Position numbers and translations under genes: made by a program. Positions 28,054 through 37,239 of a stretch of 64,000 bases of DNA are shown here, in pieces (the first letter of the stretch is position 1; every line of letters begins with the position of its first letter). Origin of the DNA: Candidatus Dojkabacteria bacterium (GTDB taxonomy: Bacteria; Patescibacteriota; Dojkabacteria; J137); contig JBGSZB010000011.1 of assembly GCA_041750555.1 (NCBI GenBank), positions 588 to 64,587 of the forward strand. Direction: 5' to 3'. Under the pieces are notes generated by a model. It was not told the DNA's origin. It saw nothing but the letters and a program-made list of their open reading frames with translations, and made no database searches.

Positions 28054-28632
28054 CTAATCTTTAAAATATCCTACATAGAAGAAATCTATATGTGATTTAA
28101 TAGCAGCTCTCCTATCAAATGTACTATCCCCTATAAATAAATAGTCAATTAATTCATAATTACTATTCTTTATTAATTTAAATCCATCTATTTCAGGTTT
28201 GGATAATAATGTTTTACCTCTATCAATAATATCTTTAAAATATTTAAATACCTCATACTTTGTAAGTAATGGTTCTACAGTCTCTCTCATATTTAATGTC
28301 CATAAATATATTTCATACTCATTATGGTGTTCTTTAATAAATCTAATTAACTCCATATTAGTTTCATATCCTTCTAAATGTTCTTTTTCAAATCCCCTTG
28401 TTATATCTTCTACCTGTTTTTTAAATTCAATTCCTACTTTTCTAGTTACTCTGTTAATATTATCTACCATAGTAAGACTGGGTTTAATATGCATACCATA
28501 ACTCTCTATTAATTTAGTAATCTGGGATTCCCATATCTCCCATGGAAGATTTAATTGTATTAAGGTTTGATCAAAATCAAATATTAATACCTTTTTAGGA
28601 TTGTATTTTAAATATTCTTCAAGTAATACCAT
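28054..28632 (-). CDS. HAD-superfamily hydrolase
   Basis: Motif I VLIFDFDQTL (DxDxT) and motif IV-like FIGDSTFDRRAA. Confidence 0.6.
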   Translation of the reverse strand: MVLLEEYLKYNPKKVLIFDFDQTLIQLNLPWEIWESQITKLIESYGMHIKPSLTMVDNINRVTRKVGIEFKKQVEDITRGFEKEHLEGYETNMELIRFIKEHHNEYEIYLWTLNMRETVEPLLTKYEVFKYFKDIIDRGKTLLSKPEIDGFKLIKNSNYELIDYLFIGDSTFDRRAAIKSHIDFFYVGYFKD

Positions 28633-28688
28633 AATTAAAGTATATCAAATATTTATTGAATATATATATCGGGGTATAATTAAAAATT

Positions 28689-28770
28689 GCTGATGTGGCG
28701 GAATTGGTATACGCGCTAGCTTGAGGTGTTAGTCCCGTAAGGGGTGCAGGTTCGAGTCCTGTCATCAGCA
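28689..28770 (+). tRNA. tRNA-Leu (anticodon GAG), class II; CCA not encoded
   Basis: GCTGATGTGGCGGAATTGGTATACGCGCTAGCTTGAGGTGTTAGTCCCGTAAGGGGTGCAGGTTCGAGTCCTGTCATCAGCA, with anticodon loop TTGAGGT, a long variable arm and A73. A TATAAT-like -10 element sits about 10 nt upstream. Confidence 0.85.
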
Positions 28771-28779
28771 AAAATCAGA

Positions 28780-30009
28780 TTAATAATATATTGAAGAATT
28801 CTTTAGGGTAATATGCAGTTCAATTAGTCCTGGGACCCACTTTCCATCCTCTAATATCCAACATAAGTCAAATTGCAATTCACAGATATCTCCTATAATT
28901 TTATTCGCAGAAGTAAGACTAGATGCATAATGATGAAAGCCATCGGCTAAAGATTCATTTAATTGGCTCCAAAATTCTTCTTTCATTTCTGGTGTAAAAT
29001 TATTTATTCTAAAAAACTCATCAAACATCTTATCAGCATCTATAGTGTAACCCTTTTCAGGATCTGCTAAATACGTTAAGTTACCAAAATAAGATGATCC
29101 ACCAACTTTAGTATACAGATTTTGTATTCTAGATATCTCTGGTACTTGTAGGTTACCTTCTATTACATGTCTAGTTTCAAAAGTATGACCGTCCAAATAA
29201 AAAATATTTTCAAATCTCTTTTCTATCATCCCAGGATCAATAGACAATCCTTTTGCTTTTTGTGCTGGTCCACTATAGTCAAAGTCTAAAAAATGAATTG
29301 AGGATATGGCACTTAATAAAAATATCTCTTCAAGTGCTCCTCTAGCTAGCGCAATAGGAATCCTATATTTTTCTACATTCGTGTTTTCATCCTTTGTTTT
29401 TGACAAGGTATAAGGTTCATCAATATCTAAATCTCCAGTTGAGGATCTGTCTCTAAAGAATTTGATTAAGGGAGGTAAATGTCTTGGATTATCTACATAA
29501 TTATTTATCATAGTTAACACCAAGTCTTGACCATCTCTTTCTAAGAAAAAGATTCCAATTCCAAGAGCACTATATGCTGGTTTAAACACTAAGGGTAATT
29601 CTATCCGACTATCTAATATTTTTTCAACAATAACTTTAATATCTAAGGCTTCTTGCTCTATTGTTTCATATAAACTTAATTTATTATTAACTGAGAAATC
29701 GTCTAAATCCTCTGGAAGTCTTTGCGACTCTTGGGATCTTTGTAAATAATCTAAATATCTTCTAAAGGTACTATCTTCATATCCTATAGGGTAAAAATAT
29801 TGTGGTTGTCTAAATGGCCCCCCTTTCATTATATGACGCCCTACATATTTATTACTTAAAAATTCATTTACAGACCTTCTTAAGTCAACTAAGTTAATTT
29901 CCCTCCTCCAATCAACAACCCTTATTCCCCTATAAATACGAATACTTTCTGCAGTATCTCTTCTAATAACAGGTAGTGTAGCTTCTAAGATATTTTTTGG
30001 CTGATTCAT
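28780..30009 (-). CDS. Hypothetical protein, possibly ATP-grasp-like
   Basis: 409 aa. The segment ELPLVFKPAYSALGIGIFFLER is loosely reminiscent of the ATP-grasp (RimK-like) K-P...G..G.G motif. Codons appear more G/C-rich than in neighbours. Its stop is 10 nt from the tRNA-Leu 3' end. Confidence 0.35.
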   Translation of the reverse strand: MNQPKNILEATLPVIRRDTAESIRIYRGIRVVDWRREINLVDLRRSVNEFLSNKYVGRHIMKGGPFRQPQYFYPIGYEDSTFRRYLDYLQRSQESQRLPEDLDDFSVNNKLSLYETIEQEALDIKVIVEKILDSRIELPLVFKPAYSALGIGIFFLERDGQDLVLTMINNYVDNPRHLPPLIKFFRDRSSTGDLDIDEPYTLSKTKDENTNVEKYRIPIALARGALEEIFLLSAISSIHFLDFDYSGPAQKAKGLSIDPGMIEKRFENIFYLDGHTFETRHVIEGNLQVPEISRIQNLYTKVGGSSYFGNLTYLADPEKGYTIDADKMFDEFFRINNFTPEMKEEFWSQLNESLADGFHHYASSLTSANKIIGDICELQFDLCWILEDGKWVPGLIELHITLKNSSIYY

Positions 30010-30173
30010 ATATAACCTTTACTACTTTATTTTATAACTATTATTTACCAATATCCAATAAAACTAAGATTTTATTAAATAGTATTTACAAGAACCTGAT
30101 TATTGAGATACCAGTTTAGAATTATTTAAGATAAAACTGTTGTAATACTTTCAACCTATTTCATTTGATGACT

Positions 30174-31307
30174 TTATCTCTCATCCTTATAACTCCCTAC
30201 AGCCTCCATTATACTTGTATAACCATCTCTCTTTAAAAGATCCACTAATCCTTTATTAATCTCTCCAATTAACTGTGGACCTTCATATATCATTCCTGTA
30301 ATTAATTCAATTAATGTTGAACCTCTTTTAATCTTTTCATAAGCATCTTCTGCATTAAATATACCACCAACACCTTTAATAATTAATTTATCACCATATT
30401 CACTATACGTTTTAGAGATAAGGGAATTACTTAAATTAACTGTTGGTTTACCACTAATACCACCCTTAATGTTTTTAGGAATATTATCTTTAATTAAAGA
30501 ATCAGAATAATCTTTATTTAAATTACCAATAGTAACTCCACTAATATATTTAAACTCTACAATAACATTTAATAATTTTTTAAAATCACTCCATTCTAAA
30601 TTAATAGGCATTTTAATAAATACAGGTTTATTAATCTTTAATGAATTAATCTTAAGTAATAATTTTTTTAATTTAATAGGAGTAGTAAATGGTTCACCTC
30701 CAAAAGTATTAGGACAAGAGATATTAATTTCATAAAAATCCCCTGTATTGTTATTTAGTAATTCTAAAAAACATAAATAGTAATCATTTATTCCATTAAA
30801 TTCTGATTTAGTTCTCTCACAATTAGTTTTAGCAATTGATATACAAACTGGGAAATCATTAACAACACCTTTTGATTTTAAAATTTTAGGAATAATATTT
30901 TTAACACCAATATTTTTTAAACCATAATATACAACTAATGCCTTTGATTTTTTAAGTCTATATAGCCTTGGGTTTGGGTTACCAATGTAACTCTCATAAG
31001 TAATTGACCCTATTGTTCCAAAACCAAACCCAACGGAGGGCAATATATTAATTAAATTAGCATCTTTATCAAACCCTGCACTAAGTCCTACAGGATTTTT
31101 AAACTTTATACCATTAATACAAAGACTCAAAATATCATTATTGTATGAAAATATAATAGAAGTTAATTTTCTAAATAATTTGTACTTACCTAAAGTTTTA
31201 CCAAAGTCCGTAATAAAGTCATGAATAACCTCTGGGTCAAATAGAAAGAAAATATGTTTTAAAAAGTTTTTGTAAAAAAATTTAATAATAGTTCTATGCA
31301 TATACAT
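30174..31307 (-). CDS. pyrD: Dihydroorotate dehydrogenase (quinone), class 2
   Basis: N-terminal extension with DPEVIHDF, the motif KFKNPVGLSAGFDKD, and the NISCPNT active-site region. 377 aa. Confidence 0.7.
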   Translation of the reverse strand: MYMHRTIIKFFYKNFLKHIFFLFDPEVIHDFITDFGKTLGKYKLFRKLTSIIFSYNNDILSLCINGIKFKNPVGLSAGFDKDANLINILPSVGFGFGTIGSITYESYIGNPNPRLYRLKKSKALVVYYGLKNIGVKNIIPKILKSKGVVNDFPVCISIAKTNCERTKSEFNGINDYYLCFLELLNNNTGDFYEINISCPNTFGGEPFTTPIKLKKLLLKINSLKINKPVFIKMPINLEWSDFKKLLNVIVEFKYISGVTIGNLNKDYSDSLIKDNIPKNIKGGISGKPTVNLSNSLISKTYSEYGDKLIIKGVGGIFNAEDAYEKIKRGSTLIELITGMIYEGPQLIGEINKGLVDLLKRDGYTSIMEAVGSYKDER

Positions 31308-31361
31308 TTTAAAAGTATTTAATTCTACTCCCTGTTTTTAAATTTTGAAATATATATGCGT

Positions 31362-33044
31362 TTAAACCAGTTCAGTTGGACTTATAGCTAATTCTACTTC
31401 ACCTGTTTTATCTGCCATACCCTCTAATGGAATAGTAAAGTAAAATGTTGATCCTTTATTCTCCTCACTCTCAAACCACATTCTACCGTGATATGTATTA
31501 ACAATAAGTTTAACAACATATAAGCCTAAACCTGTACCATTAATTTTTTTATCAGCTACATTTTTAGCTCTAAAGTTTTTAGAAAATACTTTATCTTGTT
31601 GATCCTTAGGAATACCAAAACCTGAGTCTTTAACTGAGATTATTATGTTTTTATCATCTTTAGTGTAATCAACAATAATTGGTGCGTTTTCAGGAGAATA
31701 TTTAATAGCATTTGTAATTAAATTGGTAAGAATAAGTCTAATTAAACTTGGATCAATATGTAAATTTAAATAATCACTTTTATTAAATTGTATTCTACTT
31801 ACATCAATTTTATATGATTGTGCAGCATCTGAAATAACATCTTTAATTAAATTATTTAATTCAATATCTTTAGTACTTACATATAATCTTCCAAATTCCA
31901 TTCTAGTAATATTTAATAAGCTGTCTACATATGCAATTAAACTTTTATTTGAAGCGATTACTGTATCCATAGTAACTTTACCTTCACTACTTAATTTATC
32001 ATATACTTCATCTTTAATTAATTCTAAATTCCAACTAATACTAGTCATTGGTGTTTTTAATTGATGAGCAGTAACTGATACAAAATCAGTTTTCATTTGA
32101 TCACTTTTTTTAGCTAATGTAATATCTTCTTCTGTACCAATAAACCCTATTAAATCCTTTTTACTATCAAATATTGGAGATATAACGCTTCTTGCAGTAT
32201 ATAACTCACCATTCTTTCTTTTGTTAACTAACTCTCCTTTAAAAACCTCTTTTTTTTCTTTAATAATATGCCACATCTCCTGATAAAACTCTTTAGGCAT
32301 TTGGCCTCCCCAAAGACTAGGATTTTTACCTAAAACTTCTTGTTGAGTATATCCTGTAATTCTAGTAACAGAGGGATTAGCAAAAATAATTTTACCATCT
32401 AAATCAGTAATAACTATATGGTTAAATGAACTTAGTACTGCGAGTTTAAATACATCTGAATTAGCTAAATCTATTAAACTTTTTACTTTGTATACTAAAC
32501 CTTTATTAGTTTCAATAACATTATCTAACCTCTTTTTATTAACATCACTTAGGTTTTGATATGCCTCATTTTTTATCTCTTCTAAATCTTTAGTATTTAA
32601 TGTAATAGGAGTTTCAACTTCTTTAGCAGTATGTGTTAAAAAATCACTTGTGCTGCTTCCTGCAGCTTTAGCTAAGGTAACATCTTCTTCTGTACTTAAA
32701 AACCCTATTAAAGTGCCATTAGAATCAATTAAAGGAGTAATTACTACCCTCGCATTATATATCTCACCATTCTTTCTTTTATTTATTAATTCACCTTTAA
32801 ATACTTGTCTTTTATTTTTAATTGTATCCCATAAATTTAAGTAATATTCAGAGGGCATCTGTCTTCCCCAAAGTCTTGGTGTTTGTCCAATCATTTCTTC
32901 CTTAGAATACCCTGTAATTCTCTCTGCAGATGGATTTGCAAATACAATTTTGCCATCTAGATCAGTAATTACTACATGGTTAAAAATATCGTTAACAGCT
33001 ATTTGAAATATTGAAGGATTTATATTACTACTAGAGAGATTCAT
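31362..33044 (-). CDS. Cytoplasmic sensor histidine kinase with two PAS domains
   Basis: Duplicated PAS blocks (ITDLDGKI(V/I)FANPS..ITGY...E(M/V)(I/L)G). H-box TAHQLKTPMTSI and HATPase_c motifs NLITNAIKYS, DSGFGIP, GTGLGL. No TM segments. Confidence 0.8.
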   Translation of the reverse strand: MNLSSSNINPSIFQIAVNDIFNHVVITDLDGKIVFANPSAERITGYSKEEMIGQTPRLWGRQMPSEYYLNLWDTIKNKRQVFKGELINKRKNGEIYNARVVITPLIDSNGTLIGFLSTEEDVTLAKAAGSSTSDFLTHTAKEVETPITLNTKDLEEIKNEAYQNLSDVNKKRLDNVIETNKGLVYKVKSLIDLANSDVFKLAVLSSFNHIVITDLDGKIIFANPSVTRITGYTQQEVLGKNPSLWGGQMPKEFYQEMWHIIKEKKEVFKGELVNKRKNGELYTARSVISPIFDSKKDLIGFIGTEEDITLAKKSDQMKTDFVSVTAHQLKTPMTSISWNLELIKDEVYDKLSSEGKVTMDTVIASNKSLIAYVDSLLNITRMEFGRLYVSTKDIELNNLIKDVISDAAQSYKIDVSRIQFNKSDYLNLHIDPSLIRLILTNLITNAIKYSPENAPIIVDYTKDDKNIIISVKDSGFGIPKDQQDKVFSKNFRAKNVADKKINGTGLGLYVVKLIVNTYHGRMWFESEENKGSTFYFTIPLEGMADKTGEVELAISPTELV

Positions 33045-33181
33045 ATTATATTATTAAAAATACAACTTTATTATCACATATCAAAAATTAATTTGGAACT
33101 TAATTTATTAAATTCTTTACTTATGTTTTAACAAAACCTATCATTATTTAAGCACTTTTCTTATCTTTAAAATTTAACTTA

Positions 33182-33757
33182 ATGAAACATAAAGAGAATT
33201 TAGATACTGTTTTAGTTGCATTAATATCAAGTATTTATGTAACTTTTTGTTACGTTAAATACGTTATTTTACTTCCTTCAACTATATATACTTTAATATT
33301 TTTTGTACTAATTACATTTTTAGGATTAGTTTTAATATATTTATCGTATAAAGATATATACTCCATGGAAGTACCATCTCATTTACTATACATTCTATTA
33401 GGTGTATTTGTAGCTATAAATATATTATTACTTCCCTTCGATTTTAGTTTAACTTTTGGTAATTTATACTTTTTCCCAATTAACAATCTATTTATAGGAT
33501 TAATTTGTGGAGGTATTGCTCTATTAATATATCTATTAACTAAAAGAAAAGGTTTAGGAGAAGCTGACATCTATTTATTCACATTAATGGGATTAGTGTT
33601 AGGTAGTAATAAAACAATATTAGGTTTCTATTTAACACTAATTTCAGCAAGTATTTACTCAATATATATATTAATTAAAATTAAAAAGTTTAAAGAAGTT
33701 AAAATACCCCTAATTCCATTTATCACTTATGGAATACTAGCTAGTTTAATACTTTAA
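33182..33757 (+). CDS. pilD: Prepilin peptidase (A24 family), short form without the N-terminal zinc-finger/methyltransferase domain
   Basis: 191 aa, polytopic, with Asp-containing loops (KDIYSME ... GEADIYLF) consistent with an A24 aspartyl peptidase. It is convergent with the pilin operon. Confidence 0.5.
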   Translation: MKHKENLDTVLVALISSIYVTFCYVKYVILLPSTIYTLIFFVLITFLGLVLIYLSYKDIYSMEVPSHLLYILLGVFVAINILLLPFDFSLTFGNLYFFPINNLFIGLICGGIALLIYLLTKRKGLGEADIYLFTLMGLVLGSNKTILGFYLTLISASIYSIYILIKIKKFKEVKIPLIPFITYGILASLIL

Positions 33758-33847
33758 TACCTTCATCCAATACAAAACGTTAGAAGATTATAGTAATCTT
33801 TACCGATTTTGAGATATTAAAGAGTAATTAATTAATCTTAAGAATAA

Positions 33848-33874
33848 CAAATCCCCCAATTGCTTGGGGGATTT
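33848..33874. terminator. Bidirectional Rho-independent terminator between convergent pilD and the pilin operon
   Basis: AAATCCCCCAA-TTGC-TTGGGGGATTT is a perfect 11-bp stem with a 4-nt loop, followed by a T-run on the plus strand and by GTTATTCTT on the minus strand. Confidence 0.6.
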
Positions 33875-33897
33875 TAAGTCTAATTAAAATAATGAAC

Positions 33898-34356
33898 TTA
33901 TCTTTTAACAGATATTGTTGCACTATTCTCAGCATCTGGAGATGCTACTGTTACTCTTCCATTAGATTCTGAACAAATAGTATAACCTGTATCTAATGCA
34001 GTTCCAGTTGAAGGATCTTGAGGAATTCCAACAATATATTCAGGTACCAAGTCCGTTGCTAAATTTAAATTACCTACATCTGTTCCAATAGCTGTAACTG
34101 TTGGACAAGTTGAAATTGTTCCTAAATCTCCTAATGTATTTCCATCTTCAGATGTAAATTGAGTTACAGCATTTAATATTTGTAATACATCAGAACTTCT
34201 TTGAGTATTTCTAGCATCAGCAAAGTTTTTAGCAGGATTAATTGCAATAAAAGTAATTGCAGCTAAGACAGCAATAAGACCAACTACCACTAATACCTCA
34301 ATAAGAGTGAATCCCTTCTTAACTTGATCCATAATTTTTTTTATAATATTTAACAT
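33898..34356 (-). CDS. Type IV (ComGC/PilA-like) major pilin
   Basis: Class III signal MLNIIKKIMDQVKKG|FTLIEVLVVVGLIAVLAAI with Glu+5. 152 aa. It is the last gene of the pilus operon and is followed by the terminator. Confidence 0.75.
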   Translation of the reverse strand: MLNIIKKIMDQVKKGFTLIEVLVVVGLIAVLAAITFIAINPAKNFADARNTQRSSDVLQILNAVTQFTSEDGNTLGDLGTISTCPTVTAIGTDVGNLNLATDLVPEYIVGIPQDPSTGTALDTGYTICSESNGRVTVASPDAENSATISVKR

Positions 34357-34394
34357 TTTTATTAAATCATAATTTATAAAAGATTAAAAGTTTT

Positions 34395-34814
34395 TTATAC
34401 TTCATTCCAACTTTGAATTACCATATCTGGATTTATTGTTTGAATCGTTATATCTATTCTAAAGTAATATCCTTCTTTATCTGAACTTACTTGAAATGAT
34501 CTATTAGTATTCCCACTTCCACTAATTGTTCCAATGACACAATCTCCAAAACTTAAATTTCTTGTTTCATTACCAATATATGTATCACTAATCTTTAATT
34601 CATTTAGAGCTATCTCTGCACAACTTTCTGCTAATGCTTTTGATTGTTTACCTTTTTCAATTGAAGATATTGCAACTATATTTTCAATATTAATAGATAA
34701 TGAACTATATACTACTAATAATCCTACAACTGAGATAATTATTACACTTACTAATGTAACAAAACCTCTCTTTTGTTTGTTATTTAATTTTTTATCTAAA
34801 GTATGCACTTCCAT
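34395..34814 (-). CDS. Minor pilin-like protein (ComGG/PilX-like), lacks Glu+5
   Basis: N-terminus ...NKQKRGFVTLVSVIIISVVGLLVVYSS is prepilin-like with a hydrophobic helix but without the conserved E5. Confidence 0.4.
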   Translation of the reverse strand: MEVHTLDKKLNNKQKRGFVTLVSVIIISVVGLLVVYSSLSINIENIVAISSIEKGKQSKALAESCAEIALNELKISDTYIGNETRNLSFGDCVIGTISGSGNTNRSFQVSSDKEGYYFRIDITIQTINPDMVIQSWNEV

Positions 34815-35310
34815 AAAATGTTTTTGAATAATTTAAATCTGATCTATTATCTGGATTAACATGGGTTAGAATAAATTCGTAATGGATTACTTCATTTAAA
34901 CCAGTTGGTGTTAAATTTTTAAAAGTTAAGTTACTAGCTATTACATTACTTGAGGTTAATGATATTGCAGGGTTAGCGCCTTCTGTAATTTGAATAGCTC
35001 CTGAAGTAATATTTACAACTACAGGATTTATTACTCCATTAACAAGAGATAAAGAATTAGCACTATTACCTGCTGTTGGAGAATTAATACTATCACTTGA
35101 TCTGAAATAGTTATTTAAATAATCAACTACAATAGCTCCATTTTGATTAACTTCATTAATTGTTAATGTTTTATTCTGACTCTCTACAATTGCTGTTATA
35201 AAGCCAATAAATGATAATAAAACAACACTTACTAAAGATATATATAGTAGGGATTCAATAAGAGTAAATCCTTTAATTTTCTTTTTTAAACTTATTCTAT
35301 TTTTTATCAT
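34792..35310 (-). CDS. Type IV minor pilin
   Basis: N-terminus MIKNRISLKKKIKG|FTLIESLLYISLVSVVLL. Confidence 0.6.
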   Translation of the reverse strand: MIKNRISLKKKIKGFTLIESLLYISLVSVVLLSFIGFITAIVESQNKTLTINEVNQNGAIVVDYLNNYFRSSDSINSPTAGNSANSLSLVNGVINPVVVNITSGAIQITEGANPAISLTSSNVIASNLTFKNLTPTGLNEVIHYEFILTHVNPDNRSDLNYSKTFYGSAYFR

Positions 35311-35320
35311 TTAATTTCTT

Positions 35321-36763
35321 TTATTGTTCATTTATTCTTAAAAATTCAGCTGAGTTACTAGAGAATGCAACATATGATTTATCTCTATCATAGTCATATA
35401 CAACGCCTGATGCAGTTGATGACAAATTCAGTTCTCCTCTTATGGTTAAGTCTGATGGGTCAGAAATATTAATCGTTGTAAATTCTCTTGGACCTGAGTC
35501 AAGAGCCAGGAAAGCAATAGTTCCTGTAGGGTTAATATCTATATCGTTAACATCATCATCAACATCTAGACTATCTAAAAACGTAGGAGAAAGAGGATTT
35601 GTTACATCAATAGAATATATAATTTCATCCTCACAACCTAAGTAAACCGTATTTGAATAATATGCTACAGTTAAACAATTAGAATTCCCTGGCTTGTCAT
35701 ATGATGCTACTTCGTTTGGATTAGCCTTATCACTTACATCATAAACTACCAGTTCCTCTGAATTACTCGAAGTGGAAACATACGCATAATTTCCACTTAC
35801 AACTACTTCATACATTGTTCCCCCAGAATAATTATCTGAACCAATAAATGTTGGTGCAATGTTTGGGTTATTAACTTGAACGATAAAAAATTCATCACCA
35901 CCACCTGCCGAAGATCTTACAAAATATACATAGTTTGAAGAATCAATAAAAACTCCATTTGCATCATGATTACTACTAGCATTGTAAGTAGATGACATAG
36001 TTGGGTTAGATGGACTAGATAAATTAAATATTTGTAGCTCTGAAGAATTACTACTAGATGCAATAGCTCCAAAGTTTCCATTAGGAGATACTGCAATATT
36101 TATTGGTGCAGAAGTTATCGTTTGAGAATTAGTTACACTTAAAGCTCCATCAACATCAATTGTTAAAAAATTAGGAGATCCTCCATTTCTAATAATATAT
36201 GAATAATCATTAATATATGTAATCTTAGTTCCCCCTCCATTATTTAATAAATTAAAACTATCTGCTAGGGTTGGATTTGTCCAATAATCTAAAATTACTG
36301 TTCTTAACCAATTAGTAAAATAACTAGATATTACTACACTATTATTTGCACTAAAAAACGATGGCCAAGTTACAGTTGAAGTAACTAACTTAGTTTCAGA
36401 ATCAACTGTTGAAATATCAACACTTCTAACATACTCTCCATTTAAATCAGATGATCCACTAGTTACCCAATTACTTCCTGCTAAACTTAATCCATAACTA
36501 CCATCTGTTAAGTTTGAATAATCAATATCTCTAATACTTCTAATTGCTTCTAATCCCTCTTCAGCTAAAAATATAGCCCCTGTCCTATAACTACTTAATT
36601 CTGAATTTTGAATAGATACAACTAGTCCTGAAGCTAAACCTAAACTCACTATTCCAAATAGTGAAATTGATAATATTACTTCAACTAAAGAAAATCCTTT
36701 TTTATTTCTTCTTACTTTTTTTAAGTTTAATCCTTTTAGAATTTTTAAAACTTTAATTCTCAT
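35321..36763 (-). CDS. Prepilin fused to an LVIVD-repeat beta-propeller domain (candidate pilus-tip adhesin)
   Basis: 480 aa. N-terminus ...RRNKKG|FSLVEVILSISLFGIVSLGLASG carries the class III signal with Glu+5. The C-terminal ~350 aa contain repeated ...SGNYAYVSTSSNSEELVVYDVSDKANP..., ...VYLGCEDEIIYSIDVTNPLSP..., ...IAFLALDSGPREFTTINISDPSDL... blocks matching the LVIVD repeat consensus. Confidence 0.6.
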   Translation of the reverse strand: MRIKVLKILKGLNLKKVRRNKKGFSLVEVILSISLFGIVSLGLASGLVVSIQNSELSSYRTGAIFLAEEGLEAIRSIRDIDYSNLTDGSYGLSLAGSNWVTSGSSDLNGEYVRSVDISTVDSETKLVTSTVTWPSFFSANNSVVISSYFTNWLRTVILDYWTNPTLADSFNLLNNGGGTKITYINDYSYIIRNGGSPNFLTIDVDGALSVTNSQTITSAPINIAVSPNGNFGAIASSSNSSELQIFNLSSPSNPTMSSTYNASSNHDANGVFIDSSNYVYFVRSSAGGGDEFFIVQVNNPNIAPTFIGSDNYSGGTMYEVVVSGNYAYVSTSSNSEELVVYDVSDKANPNEVASYDKPGNSNCLTVAYYSNTVYLGCEDEIIYSIDVTNPLSPTFLDSLDVDDDVNDIDINPTGTIAFLALDSGPREFTTINISDPSDLTIRGELNLSSTASGVVYDYDRDKSYVAFSSNSAEFLRINEQ

Positions 36764-36802
36764 TATTTAATATACTTATCTATTAACTCTATAAATTTTC
36801 AA

Positions 36803-37225
36803 TTAATAATCAACAATACCTAATGAATTAATTGTAATAACATCACTATTTACCTCTCCATTAACATTAATAGTTGCACTTGTATTTGGAATACCACTAA
36901 ATTTAACAAAATTAACTTCATTATTACCACTAAAGGATACTCCATCAAAAGAATATACTTGATCAAGAGTTACATCCCTTGATACATAATCATTCCCACT
37001 ATAAATTGTTACACTGTTTCCACTAAGATATACTCCCCAATTAGAATCATTTTTTTGTGATCGAGCCAAAATATTTGCACTTCTAATTGAAGTAATTGTA
37101 AGGGTTGTTGCATTCTCTACTTCAGATCTATATAGAAAGGAATTAAAAAATGGTACTGAGAATCCAGCTATTATGGAAACTAATGCAATTGATAACAATA
37201 CTTCTACTAGTGTAAATCCTTTCAT
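36803..37225 (-). CDS. Type IV minor pilin / pseudopilin
   Basis: N-terminus MKG|FTLVEVLLSIALVSIIAGFSVPFF. 140 aa. Confidence 0.65.
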   Translation of the reverse strand: MKGFTLVEVLLSIALVSIIAGFSVPFFNSFLYRSEVENATTLTITSIRSANILARSQKNDSNWGVYLSGNSVTIYSGNDYVSRDVTLDQVYSFDGVSFSGNNEVNFVKFSGIPNTSATINVNGEVNSDVITINSLGIVDY

Positions 37226-37239
37226 ATTTTATTTACTAA

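Noticed and set aside
28633-28688. Promoter (-35 TTGAAT / -10 TATAAT) upstream of tRNA-Leu(GAG).
   Set aside because: The TATAAT at 28675-28680 is well placed, but the only TTGAAT-like hexamer is spaced 13 nt away, which is too short. In AT-rich DNA such hexamers occur by chance, so it was not listed as a feature.
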